Assembly: GCA_964525635.1 (NCBI GenBank)
Contig: CAZGJX010000002.1
Location: 6,224 to 70,223 of the forward strand
Length of the DNA stretch: 64,000 bases
DNA from: an uncultured archaeon
GTDB taxonomy: Archaea > Asgardarchaeota > Lokiarchaeia > Sigyniarchaeales > SOKP01
Direction: 5' to 3'
This document shows, in pieces, positions 20,921 to 31,143 of the stretch (within the stretch, counting starts at the first letter, position 1; each line of letters starts with the position of its first letter). A model generated the notes under the pieces. It saw only the letters and a program-made list of their open reading frames with translations, searched no databases and was not told the origin of the DNA. The translations under genes and the position numbers were made by a program.

Positions 20921-21000
20921 TAAATATTAATTTTTATTATTACATCTTAAGAAATATTATTAGAAAATATTAGAAACTTTAATTTTAATTAGAGAAATAT

Positions 21001-21681
21001 ATGATAGAGCAAAAAGATTTAAAGAAAATTGAAGAAATCGCATGGAAATCCAATTTTGAACATGGTTTATGGGATATGTTATATGGGATTTTTTTAATTA
21101 TGACTATATTAATTAATTATTTAATGTTTTTTATGTATGATATAATTGATATAGCTAGTGAATATGTTCCCTTAATTTCTATAATTCTTGTTTTGAGTAT
21201 TATCTTTGCAATAGGTTTTCTTTTTAGATATTTATACGGATTGGTAGGTGTACCAAGAGTGGGATATGTAAAATATAGCCTAAAACGTAAGAGATTCTTA
21301 TATATAACTATAATTGGATTATTATTATACTTTATTTTTGTTTATATCTATGTAATCTACATATTTAACCTAATAGAGGAGAATCTAAATATAAAATATC
21401 TTATTTATATTTTACCTTTAATAAATGGTTTAATTATTTATATTATTCCTACTTGCATTGTTGCTTATTTTCTTGCATTCAAAAGATTATACGTATATGG
21501 ATTATTTGCAGGATTAGTGGAACTAATTAATGAACTTCTATTCGATATATTTGATACATTCTATTATTTTAGGGATTTATTAATGTCAATAGTTGGTTTA
21601 TTTATTATTAGTATTGGATTCATATTTTTTATTGTATTCCTCAAGAAGTACCCAAAAACAAACAAAAAGGGAGAGAAATGA
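21001..21681 (+). CDS. polytopic membrane protein, paralog A
   Basis: The N-terminus MIEQKDLKKIEEIAWKSNFEHGLWDMLYG is shared with the next ORF. About 6 TM helices. Confidence 0.6.
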   Translation: MIEQKDLKKIEEIAWKSNFEHGLWDMLYGIFLIMTILINYLMFFMYDIIDIASEYVPLISIILVLSIIFAIGFLFRYLYGLVGVPRVGYVKYSLKRKRFLYITIIGLLLYFIFVYIYVIYIFNLIEENLNIKYLIYILPLINGLIIYIIPTCIVAYFLAFKRLYVYGLFAGLVELINELLFDIFDTFYYFRDLLMSIVGLFIISIGFIFFIVFLKKYPKTNKKGEK

Positions 21682-22334
21682 TAGAGGTAAAATTTTTAAA
21701 AAAAATGGAAAAAAAAATCTGGAAATCAAATTTTAAACATGGATTATGGGATATATTATTTGGTACAATATTAATTATCCTTATCCCAACTCACTATTTT
21801 ATTGGTAATATTGCTTTAAGAATAACTATGGGTCATCATTCATTTATTTTTTGGTACGTTTTTCTTGGTTTTTCTTGTTTAACTGGATTATGTATTTTGT
21901 TTAAATATTTAAGTGATACCTTGATTTCTGAAAGGGTTGGATTTGTGAAATATAGAGCAAATCGTAAAATAATATTGAAAAAGATGATAATTTTATGCAT
22001 AATTTATCTAGGAGTTATTCTTTTGTTCTTTGGATATATTTATACAAAACTTATATATCCCATAATGGGAAATGATCGATTTTTTAATGCTATTTGTGCA
22101 GGTTTAATGATATTTCTTATTCCCTGTAGTATTACCGCTTATTTAATTGAATTTAAAAAGCTGTATATATATGGATTATTAACAGCAATAGGTACCTTAG
22201 TTAATGAAATCTTTGGATATTTTATAGGTAAATCCTATCCATTTTTAATATTATTAATAATTGGTTCAATAATTGTCTGTATAGGAATTTTAATATTTAT
22301 AAGATTCCTTAAGAAATATCCAAAATCAGTATGA
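21678..22334 (+). CDS. polytopic membrane protein, paralog B
   Basis: MIEVKFLKKMEKKIWKSNFKHGLWDILFG. ATGA start/stop overlap with paralog A. Confidence 0.6.
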   Translation: MIEVKFLKKMEKKIWKSNFKHGLWDILFGTILIILIPTHYFIGNIALRITMGHHSFIFWYVFLGFSCLTGLCILFKYLSDTLISERVGFVKYRANRKIILKKMIILCIIYLGVILLFFGYIYTKLIYPIMGNDRFFNAICAGLMIFLIPCSITAYLIEFKKLYIYGLLTAIGTLVNEIFGYFIGKSYPFLILLIIGSIIVCIGILIFIRFLKKYPKSV

Positions 22335-22679
22335 GTGATATTAATGAAAAATAATAAAGATGAAATTAAGAATAGCTTACCAACAATGGATGATTTTGAT
22401 AAGATTATTCATGAACCTGCTCGCTTATTAATTTTATCAATTCTATATGTGTTGGAAAGCGCAGATTTCGTCTTTATTAAAAATCAGACAAAATTAACAG
22501 ATGGAAATTTATCTTCTCATTTAAGCAAACTTGAGGTGGTTGAGTTCATAGATGCTCAAAAAAAATTTATAGGAAAAAAACCAATAACAATTCTCAAGCT
22601 TTCTCAAAAAGGTAGAAGTGCATTTGAGAAATATAAAAAAAAAATGGTGTATTTTTTAAATAGCTTGAATAGGAGATAA
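22335..22679 (+). CDS. winged-helix transcriptional regulator (ArsR/HTH_34-like)
   Basis: HEPARLLILSILY...LTDGNLSSHLSKLE. It abuts the previous stop (TGAGTG). Confidence 0.75.
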   Translation: MILMKNNKDEIKNSLPTMDDFDKIIHEPARLLILSILYVLESADFVFIKNQTKLTDGNLSSHLSKLEVVEFIDAQKKFIGKKPITILKLSQKGRSAFEKYKKKMVYFLNSLNRR

Positions 22680-22777
22680 TATTTTTATTTGTAAATAATT
22701 GGTTAGATTTTTAATCTTCTCTTTACTTTTTAAAAATTATCTTATTAATACAAATAAAATTCTTTAAATGTGGAAAA

Positions 22778-23570
22778 ATGAAATTAAAAAATAAAGTTGC
22801 TTTAGTTACTGGTGGTACTTTAGGTTATAAAGATAGTGGCCCTTCAATTGGAAGTGCTATAGCAATAAAGTTTGCAATAGAGGGTGCTAAAGTGGTTGTT
22901 ATAGATATTCTGGAAGAAATGGGTCAAAAAACAATAGCTCTTATTAAAAAAATAGTGGAAAAGGATTCTTCATTAGAGCAGATGTTTTAAATGAAACTGA
23001 AGTAAAAAATACAAATATTAAAGTTAAAGAAAAATATGGGCAATTACATATATTGGTAAATTGTGCTAACTCATATGAAGGAAATATTTCTAAAAATATT
23101 GTTGATATATCAATAGAAGATTGGAAAAGAACTATAGAAGTTAATTTAAATGGATATTTTTTATTTTCAAAATTCGCCATTCCCCTAATTTCAAAAGGCA
23201 ATGGTGGATCTATAAATAATATATCATCCTGCGCCGATTTTAAAGTATTAAAGGATTACTGTGTATATCCTGTTACTATAGCAGCTATGAATGCTTTAAC
23301 CCGATCATTAGCGATTTATTTTGCTCCTCAAATTCGATCTGCCCAGGATTTGTAAGAATTGCTAATTCAGAAGGAGATCGAAGTCCTGAAGAAATTCAGG
23401 AATGGTTAAATAAAATATCAAATACTTATCCCCCCCAAAGACGTGTCTGTATTATTGAAGAAATTGCTAATATTGCCTAATTTTTAGCAAGTAGTGATTC
23501 ATCTTTCATAAATGGCGAATGTATTATTGTTGATGGTGGAAGAATCATATCTGATACACATACTTTTTGA
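22778..23570 (+). pseudogene. short-chain dehydrogenase/reductase (FabG-like) pseudogene
   Basis: The SDR sequence can be followed through three frames. The first is KVALVTGGTLGYKDSGPSIGSAIA...; the second, after a shift in the A7 run 22946-22952, is GKGFFIRADV...LVNCAN...YPVTIAAMNALTRSLA...APQIR. The third, after a shift near 23334, is SICPGFV...FLASSDSSFINGECIIVDGG. There is an in-frame TAA at 23478. The YxxxK lysine is replaced (Y-PVT-I). Confidence 0.8.
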
Positions 23571-23748
23571 TATTATATTATAAATCCATTTAATTTGGAG
23601 TCAAAAATCTTAAGGAACAATAATATTATTCTTTTTCTTTTTTTCTATGTATATTCTTAAAATTTTTCAATTAAATATTCAATTTTGGACTATATCACTT
23701 TATATAATATCAAATATTTTTATTATATATTGAAATCTTAAATGAAGA

Positions 23749-24642
23749 TTGAAATCATCAATGAGTCTATTTAAACTTTGTATAAATGAAAAGGATAATG
23801 AAATTTTAAATAAGCTTAAACAACATTTAAATGTTAAAAATATACGCTATTATAACATTAGAGATGATATCCTTGGTAAAATTACACAATCAGGATTTGC
23901 TTTAGAAAATGGTTCAATAATTAAATTATGGATTATATCTACCAATATCACATCACTACCAGATGAAATTTATCAATTAGATAATCTAGAGAAATTAGTG
24001 TTTAAGAATTTAGATATTCATAATATAAGTAATTCTGTTGAGCATCTTTCACAGTTAAGTTCTCTCTCTATAAATAATTGTAGAATAAATAAACTCCCTC
24101 TTAGTTTTGAAAATTTAACTAATTTACGTATATTGGATTTAAGTAATAATTTACTAGAAGAATTACCTCAGAACATAGGAAAATTAAACAATTTAGAATT
24201 TTTATGGTGTAATGAAAATAAGATATCTTCACTTCCAGAAGGTATTGGAAATTTATCAAATCTTAAACTTTTATCAATAAATAATAATCTTCTCTCCGCC
24301 ATTCCTCCTTCAATTGAAAAATTATCCAATTTAGAAGCTATACAGGGTTCAAATAATCAATTAATTTCACTTCCAGAAGGTATTGGAAATTTATCAAAAT
24401 TAAGGACAATTAACATAGAAAATAATCAGATTTCTTCTCTCCCCGATTCAATAGGTAATTTAGAGAATCTAGGAGAATTAAAGTTATATAACAATCAACT
24501 TCATGATCTCCCAATTTCAATAAAAAATTGCAATAATATTTATAATATTACTCTTGGTAAAAATCCCTTAACAGATTCAAAAGAAATAAAAAAAAAGGTA
24601 GTCAAACTAATTCCCAAAAAAACTAGTATACTATGGGAATAG
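23749..24642 (+). CDS. leucine-rich repeat protein (about 9 x 23-aa LRRs), no signal peptide
   Basis: Repeats of LxxLPxxIGNLxNLxxLxLxxNxL, e.g. LPEGIGNLSNLKLLSINNNLLSAIP. The start may be ATG 23761. Confidence 0.9.
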   Translation: MKSSMSLFKLCINEKDNEILNKLKQHLNVKNIRYYNIRDDILGKITQSGFALENGSIIKLWIISTNITSLPDEIYQLDNLEKLVFKNLDIHNISNSVEHLSQLSSLSINNCRINKLPLSFENLTNLRILDLSNNLLEELPQNIGKLNNLEFLWCNENKISSLPEGIGNLSNLKLLSINNNLLSAIPPSIEKLSNLEAIQGSNNQLISLPEGIGNLSKLRTINIENNQISSLPDSIGNLENLGELKLYNNQLHDLPISIKNCNNIYNITLGKNPLTDSKEIKKKVVKLIPKKTSILWE

Positions 24643-24648
24643 TGTTTA

Positions 24649-24658
24649 TTTTTTTTTT
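24649..24658 (+). terminator. oligo-T tract (T10) 7 nt after the LRR gene stop
   Basis: A T10 run read directly. Archaeal RNA polymerase terminates at oligo-T. Confidence 0.45.
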
Positions 24659-24832
24659 GAATGAAAGCTCCTTTAAAATGAGTTATAATAAAAATATATT
24701 ATATTCATAATTATCCCAAATGGTTTTATATTGAACATAATATAATTTCTAATTAAACACTTCCAAATCTATAACTTTCTTTTAAAAATGTATTAAAGAA
24801 CAAATATAAAGTGTAAAAAACTGAAGAAGAAC

Positions 24833-25523
24833 ATGAAAAAAAAAGATATATTATTAATTATAATTCTTTCACTCAACTTTTTCATAATAAGTATTCCTAA
24901 ATTGAAAAATACTGGCAATCTATCTACTTTAAATTCAAGTTCTAATGGATCTGTTTATACTTACTATTCTAATATAACTATAATCTCTGATTGGATTTAG
25001 TGAATCATTTTGGAATGATGGAATTAGTTTTTCTCCTTCCATAGCCGTTGATAATTCTGGAAATATACATGTAGTTTGGTCTGATACTACTAGTGGTGCT
25101 TGGGGTATATATACGGAAATTTTTTATGCATCATATTCAGGTTCCACTTGGTCAAATGCCACAGTTATTTCAGATGGATATAATGGCACCTATTGGAATA
25201 ATGGAGCTAATATTCAAACTTCTATTGCTATTGATAATTTAAATGGAGTTCATGTTATTTGGTCTAATTCTTCATTAGGTATTTGGGAAGGTGATGCTTC
25301 TGATTATGAAATTATGTATGTGTGTATTTATATTGAAACAGAGATTTCTCCCAATATTTCATTTGATAATAATCTTATCCTAAGTATTTCTCTTTTGGGA
25401 ATTATAGGAATATTAATATTTCTTAAAGATTATTTTAAGAGAAGAAAAGTATTTTCAATTAAGAGAAATATTTTAATAGATATATCGACAATCTCGTTAG
25501 CCCTCTCTGAATCTATTGTCTAA
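24833..25523 (+). pseudogene. secreted sialidase-like (BNR/Asp-box) protein remnant, frameshifted
   Basis: A signal-peptide ORF (MKKKDILLIIILSLNFFIISIP...) stops at TAG 24998. The body continues in another frame from about 24984: SFSPSIAVDNSGNIHVVWSD, YSGSTWSNATVISDG, SIAIDNLNGVHVIWSN, ending in a C-terminal TM anchor. Only about 2 blades are present, so it is truncated as well as shifted. Confidence 0.6.
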
Positions 25524-25560
25524 ATATATCAAATAAATTATAATTCTCAATTATATCAAT

Positions 25561-26174
25561 ATGGAATATCGGATGAACCTTTATTATACCTCTTTCCCTT
25601 TATAATTTTAATTATATCACTAATTATTGCAATATTACTCCTATTCTCTGTTATTACCACCTTACAGGAATATAAATCATATTTAAATTCTAAAAGAAAT
25701 AATATTGTTAGCAATCGTCGACTGGACTTTGAGAAGGTATTTGAGAACGAAAATCGAAAAAAGATAATTGAAAGTATTATTTATAGTTCTGGAATTCATT
25801 TTAAAGAACTGCTAAGAGAATGTCATTTACAACCTGGTCAACTACAATGGCATTTAAAGATATTATTAGAATATGGAATAATTAAAGAAAAGAAAGTAGG
25901 ACGATATAACACATATTTTCCATGTTATTATGATTTAGAATCTAAAACATATAATCATAAGATCATGAAATCAGAAACTAGTTTAGAAATATTAAGCATA
26001 ATTGCAAGGTTTCCTGGAATAACCCCCTCTGCTATTACTGATAAAATTTGATTAAAAAAAAATACTATGAATTATCACATTAATAAGTTAAGAAAAAATA
26101 ATCTAATTTTATCTCAAAAAAAAGGTCGTAATTTATTGATTTATCCAGTTAAAGAAATAAAAATAGAAATTTGA
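25561..26174 (+). pseudogene. membrane-anchored double winged-helix regulator, disrupted
   Basis: ATG 25561 opens a frame of only 14 codons. The long frame (PLLYLFPFIILIISL...IIESIIYSSGIHFKELLRECHLQPGQLQWHLKILLEYGII...) has no start codon of its own. It carries an in-frame TGA at 26049 inside the second wHTH (ITDKI*LKKNTMNYHINKLRKNNLI). Confidence 0.6.
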
Positions 26175-26234
26175 TACTATTTTATTATAGAAATAAATTC
26201 TTTAATATATTATAATTTATATTCTATGATAAAT

Positions 26235-26846
26235 TTATTCAATTCGGTTATTATTTTCTGAAATATTATTTGTATCGTAAAAAATAGCCCCTTTAAATCC
26301 AAATAAAATGTTTGTAATGCCTTCCATTCCTAAATAAATTAATAATGATAGGGGAATATGGTTTAGATTGAATATAAGCTCGAAAAATATTAAAATAACC
26401 AAAAATAATGCAGTATATCCCTCAATAATAAGCCATGAATGAAAAAGATTGGTTATAGATTGTTTTAATTTGGTACTTTTTAGTTTCAAAATATTATAGA
26501 CGATAATTTGAAATATAGTTATAATATATGTTAAAATAAAAAGATAAAACGTTATTAATTTAAAATATAACCAATAAATAGAAATAAATATCCAAAATAT
26601 ACCCAAAATCCCGATTATTTTTAAAGAAAGTAAATCTTTTTTTTTTACTTGTTCAGAGTGATATTTAAAATCAAATATTTTTTTTATCCCTGGTAGTTCC
26701 ATTTGACTTAAAATTGCGGTGTATAAGATGAGTAGTGTAAAATTACCAATATCAATCATCAATATTAAAAGAATAAATTCAATTGAAACAAATCCCATAG
26801 TCATGGAAATAAGACGCATTCTTTGAAAATTCTTTTTCTCATTCAT
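26235..26846 (-). CDS. hypothetical polytopic membrane protein
   Basis: 203 aa with about 6 hydrophobic segments and no recognisable motif. Confidence 0.45.
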   Translation of the reverse strand: MNEKKNFQRMRLISMTMGFVSIEFILLILMIDIGNFTLLILYTAILSQMELPGIKKIFDFKYHSEQVKKKDLLSLKIIGILGIFWIFISIYWLYFKLITFYLFILTYIITIFQIIVYNILKLKSTKLKQSITNLFHSWLIIEGYTALFLVILIFFELIFNLNHIPLSLLIYLGMEGITNILFGFKGAIFYDTNNISENNNRIE

Positions 26847-27009
26847 ATAAGTGCATTTTATCTTATATTTTATATTAATTTAATTCTATTTTTAATAGAC
26901 TCTAATTTGTAGAGATCTTCTATATTGAAAAATTTTATTTTCGAAAATACATTTTCTTGATTATTATACTATTTAATCACAAAAAATTGGATAGATAAAG
27001 GTTAAAAAT

Positions 27010-29667
27010 ATGACAACAGAAAATGAAAAATATGTCTATGATTTTTCTGAAGGTAAAAAAGAATTAAAGAATCTACTAGGCGGAAAAGGTGCTAATCTTG
27101 CTGAAATGACCAATATTGGTTTAAACATCCCTCAAGGATTCACTATAACTACATCTGCTTGTTTAAAATATTATGAAAATCAAGATCAAGTAATGGAGAC
27201 TTTAAAACCAGCTGTATTAGATGCTATTAAAAGATTGGAAGATAAATACAATAAAAAATTTGGTGACATAAAAGATCCATTATTAGTTTCTGTTCGCTCG
27301 GGGGCACCAATGTCAATGCCTGGAATGATGGATACGGTGCTTAATTTAGGATTAAACGATGAAAGCGTTAAAGGTCTTGCTGAACAAACAGGGAATGAGA
27401 GATTTGCTTATGACTCTTATCGTCGATTTTTACAGATGTTCTCAGATGTAGTAATGGGAATTGAATTAGATCACTTTGAAGAGATATTAAACGCATATAA
27501 AGCAAAAAAAGGAGAAAATGCTAAAGATACGGATTTAGAAATTAGTGACTTAAAGAACATTATTAGAGAATATAAAGCTCTATATGAAAAAGAAATTGGT
27601 TCTCCTTTTCCTCAAAGTCCTCAAGAACAATTATTCAATTCAATTGACGCAGTGTTCAAATCTTGGAATAATAAAAGAGCAATAACATATCGTAAAATGA
27701 ATAAAATCCCAAATTTTGGGACTGCTGTTAATGTACAAGTAATGGTCTTTGGTAATAAGGGATGGAGTTCAGGAACAGGTGTAGCTTTTACAAGAGATCC
27801 TTCAACAGGAGAAAAAAGAAGATTTGGAGAATATTTAGCAAATGCTCAAGGAGAAGATGTTGTAGCTGGAATTAGAACACCAAAAACAATGACAGAAATG
27901 AAAGAAGAATTTCCTAAAGTTTACGATGAATTAATGAGTTTAATGGAGAAATTAGAAAATCACTATAAAGATATGCAAGATATTGAATTTACAATTGAAG
28001 ACGGAGAACTTTTTATATTACAAACTAGAAATGGTAAGAGAACACCTACATCTGCAGTTAAAATTGCTGTTGATATGGTTAAAGAAGGTTTAATCACTAA
28101 AGAGCAAGCAATAATGAGTATTGATGCAAAATCAATATCTGATTTATTATTTAAAAGCATAGATGATAAAGCAGATTTTGAAGTCATCGCAAAGGGTATT
28201 AATGCTTCTCCTGGAGCAGTTACAGGAATTGCTATTTTTGATTCAGATAGAACTGAAGAATTAAAAAACAAAGAAAATATGGATGTTATCCTTGTTAGAC
28301 CTCAAACAAAACCTGATGATGTTCATGGATTATATGCTTCAGTTGGAGTATTAACTCAATTTGGTGGAAAAACTTCTCATGCTGCTGTTGTAGCTAGAGG
28401 AATAGGAAAACCTGCAGTAGTTGGTGCTCAAGATGTTAAAATAGATATTAAAAATAAGCAATTTACTGTTGGAAATACTATTGTAAAGGAAGGAGATTAT
28501 ATAACGATAGATGGAACTACTGGAAGGATTATTAAAGGTAAAGTTCCATTAGTAGATCCAGAATTAACCGGAGAATTTATAGAATTATTAGACATAGCTG
28601 ATGAAATAAAGAAACTAGGTGTACGTGCAAATGCTGACACACCAACTGATGCTACAAAGGCCCTTGAATTTGGTGCTCAAGGAATAGGTCTCTGTAGAAC
28701 AGAACATATGTTTATGGCACAAGAAAGATTGCCAGTTGTACAGCAAATGATAATGGCAAAAACAACAGAAGAAAGACAAGTTGCATTAGACAAGATACTA
28801 CCAATGCAAAAGGGCGATTTTTATGATATATTTAAAATAATGAAGGGTAAACCAGTGACTATTCGATTATTAGATCCCCCATTACATGAGTTCTTACCAG
28901 AATTTACAGAACTTTTGTTAGAAACTCAAAAACTTAAAATGACCAATGCAGCAACCGATGAGGAATTGAAGGAAAAAGAAGAACTTATTCATATAATTAG
29001 AACATTGCATGAAGAAAATCCTATGATGGGTCTTAGAGGATGCCGTTTAGGAATTACATGGCCAGAAATAAATGAAATGCAGGTAAGAGCAATTTTTCAA
29101 GCAGCTTGTGAAATAAAGAAAGAAGGGATAAATGTTAAACCTGAAGTTATGATTCCCTTAGTTGGTATGCTTTCAGAGTTAAAAATAGTAAAAGATCAAC
29201 TTGTAAAAATAGCTAAAGAAACAATAGATCATTATAATGTAGATTTAGACTATAAATTTGGGACAATGATTGAAATACCCAGAGCGGCTTTAGTTGCTGA
29301 TAAAATTGCTACTGAAGCAGAATTCTTTTCATTTGGAACTAATGATTTAACACAAATGACTTTTGGATTCTCAAGAGATGATGCTGAAGGTAAATTTCTC
29401 CCAATCTATTTTGAAAGAGGAGTTATGACAGATAATCCATTTGAAATCTTAGATCAGGAAGGAGTAGGACAATTAATGAAGATGGCTATTCAAAAGGGAA
29501 GAGATACACGTAAAGATTTAAAATGTGGGATTTGTGGAGAACATGGCGGAGAGCCTAGCTCCATAGATTTTGCTCATAGAATAGGATTAAATTATGTTTC
29601 TTGTTCACCTTATAGAATTCCTATAGCAAGAATTGCTGCTGCTCAAGCAAATATTAAAAACAAATAA
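27010..29667 (+). CDS. ppdK: pyruvate, phosphate dikinase
   Basis: GGKGANLAEM, phosphohistidine loop GGKTSHAAVVARG, GLCRTEHMF, CGEHGG; 885 aa. Confidence 0.95.
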   Translation: MTTENEKYVYDFSEGKKELKNLLGGKGANLAEMTNIGLNIPQGFTITTSACLKYYENQDQVMETLKPAVLDAIKRLEDKYNKKFGDIKDPLLVSVRSGAPMSMPGMMDTVLNLGLNDESVKGLAEQTGNERFAYDSYRRFLQMFSDVVMGIELDHFEEILNAYKAKKGENAKDTDLEISDLKNIIREYKALYEKEIGSPFPQSPQEQLFNSIDAVFKSWNNKRAITYRKMNKIPNFGTAVNVQVMVFGNKGWSSGTGVAFTRDPSTGEKRRFGEYLANAQGEDVVAGIRTPKTMTEMKEEFPKVYDELMSLMEKLENHYKDMQDIEFTIEDGELFILQTRNGKRTPTSAVKIAVDMVKEGLITKEQAIMSIDAKSISDLLFKSIDDKADFEVIAKGINASPGAVTGIAIFDSDRTEELKNKENMDVILVRPQTKPDDVHGLYASVGVLTQFGGKTSHAAVVARGIGKPAVVGAQDVKIDIKNKQFTVGNTIVKEGDYITIDGTTGRIIKGKVPLVDPELTGEFIELLDIADEIKKLGVRANADTPTDATKALEFGAQGIGLCRTEHMFMAQERLPVVQQMIMAKTTEERQVALDKILPMQKGDFYDIFKIMKGKPVTIRLLDPPLHEFLPEFTELLLETQKLKMTNAATDEELKEKEELIHIIRTLHEENPMMGLRGCRLGITWPEINEMQVRAIFQAACEIKKEGINVKPEVMIPLVGMLSELKIVKDQLVKIAKETIDHYNVDLDYKFGTMIEIPRAALVADKIATEAEFFSFGTNDLTQMTFGFSRDDAEGKFLPIYFERGVMTDNPFEILDQEGVGQLMKMAIQKGRDTRKDLKCGICGEHGGEPSSIDFAHRIGLNYVSCSPYRIPIARIAAAQANIKNK

Positions 29668-29871
29668 TTATTTTCTTATTTATTATATTTGTCTATTTAT
29701 TTTTTTTATATTTTTTATAATATCTAATAATTATTACTCCAAAATACTTCGTGAGTAAATCATCTTTATCTAGATTATTATTAAATTTGTTCTCAAGAAA
29801 TCAGGAGAAAGTAAAAGATTTTATCGATTGATATATTTATTTAAACATATTAAAATTGGAGAGGTAAAATA

Positions 29872-30981
29872 TTGAGTTTGTCTTTAGAGGAAAAATTAGG
29901 ATTACTAACGGAAGTTGGGGAAGAAATAATTGAAGAAAATGAATTAAAGGAAATGCTGAAATGGAAAATAGAAAATAAAAAAGATATCATAGCGTATGAT
30001 GGATTTGAACCTTCTGGAAACATTCATATAGCTCAAGGCCTTCTAAGAGCAATAAATGTTAATAAATTAACTAAAGCGGGTATAAAATTTAAATTTCTAA
30101 TTGCAGATTGGCATGCAGCAGCAAATCAAAAATTTGGAGGAGATCTTGAAGTAATAAAAAAAGTAGGCGATTTCTTTATAGAAGTCTGGAAAGTATGTGA
30201 AATGGATTTATCTCAGATTGAATTTATATATGCTTCAGATATAGTTAAAGATCCTAAATACTGGGAATTAGTATTAAAAATAGCTATCAATAGTACTCTA
30301 AATAGGATTATTCGATGCACTCAAATTATGGGAAGAAGCGAGAGTGATGTTTTAACCGCATCTCAAATTCTCTATCCTATTATGCAAGCCGCAGATATAT
30401 TCCACCTCAATGTTGATATATGTCAATTAGGATTAGATCAAAGAAAAGTAAATATGCTTGCCAGAGAAGTGTCCAAAATTTTTGATCTTCCTAAGCCAAT
30501 CTCAATTCATCATCACATGTTAATGGGATTAACACCTCCTCCTAAAACGGATCTCTTAGGAATCGATAGAACTATACATTTTAAAATGTCAAAATCAAAT
30601 CCAGATTCTGCTATATTTATGTTAGATAATCTTGAGGATATTAAACGTAAAATAAATAAAGCTTATTGTCCTGAAAAAGAAGCAAGAGAAAATCCCATTC
30701 TTGAATATTGTAAATATATCATATTTGAACGCTTTGATAGCGTTAAAATTGAAAGACCAGATAAATTTGGAGGAAATATTGAATATAATAAATATATTGA
30801 TATAGAAGAAGACTATATTAAAGGGAATTTACATCCTATGGATCTTAAAAAGGCAGTTATCAAATATTTAAATCAATTAATTGAACCTATAAGAGAACAC
30901 TTTCAAAAAGATCAGAAAGCCAAAGAATTATACACATTTGTTAAGAAAGAATATAAAAAGTTTAGCTCTAAAAAATTATAA
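29872..30981 (+). CDS. tyrS: tyrosine--tRNA ligase (archaeal type)
   Basis: Collinear with M. jannaschii TyrRS as I recall it: YDGFEPSGNIHIAQG, ILYPIMQAADI, KMSKS, FGGNIEY, LHPMDLKKAV. TTG start with GGAGAGGT 6 nt upstream. Confidence 0.92.
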   Translation: MSLSLEEKLGLLTEVGEEIIEENELKEMLKWKIENKKDIIAYDGFEPSGNIHIAQGLLRAINVNKLTKAGIKFKFLIADWHAAANQKFGGDLEVIKKVGDFFIEVWKVCEMDLSQIEFIYASDIVKDPKYWELVLKIAINSTLNRIIRCTQIMGRSESDVLTASQILYPIMQAADIFHLNVDICQLGLDQRKVNMLAREVSKIFDLPKPISIHHHMLMGLTPPPKTDLLGIDRTIHFKMSKSNPDSAIFMLDNLEDIKRKINKAYCPEKEARENPILEYCKYIIFERFDSVKIERPDKFGGNIEYNKYIDIEEDYIKGNLHPMDLKKAVIKYLNQLIEPIREHFQKDQKAKELYTFVKKEYKKFSSKKL

Positions 30982-31143
30982 TTCTTTATTATTTCATTCA
31001 ATATTTCCGATAAATGCGATTTATATTAATAAGCATTATTATACATCAATAATTTTAGATTAAGTTTAACAACAATTTTATTGTTATTAAGCAAGTTTCA
31101 AAAAATATTTATACATAGCTATATTCTAAAGCTTGATTTAATT

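Noticed and set aside
22944-23201. 85-aa minus-strand ORF
   Set aside because: It lies antisense within the SDR pseudogene and has no motif.
25314-25523. 69-aa ORF called as an independent gene in the track
   Set aside because: It is the C-terminal end (TM anchor) of the longer frame-0 reading frame that starts near 24984 and belongs to the frameshifted secreted protein.
27010-29667. Possible inteins or other insertions in large housekeeping genes (ppdK, radA core, P-type ATPase, pheT)
   Set aside because: Lengths and motif spacing are normal for each family, and no Cys/Ser...HN splice-junction blocks are seen. The only atypical segment is the RadA N-terminal extension, reported separately.
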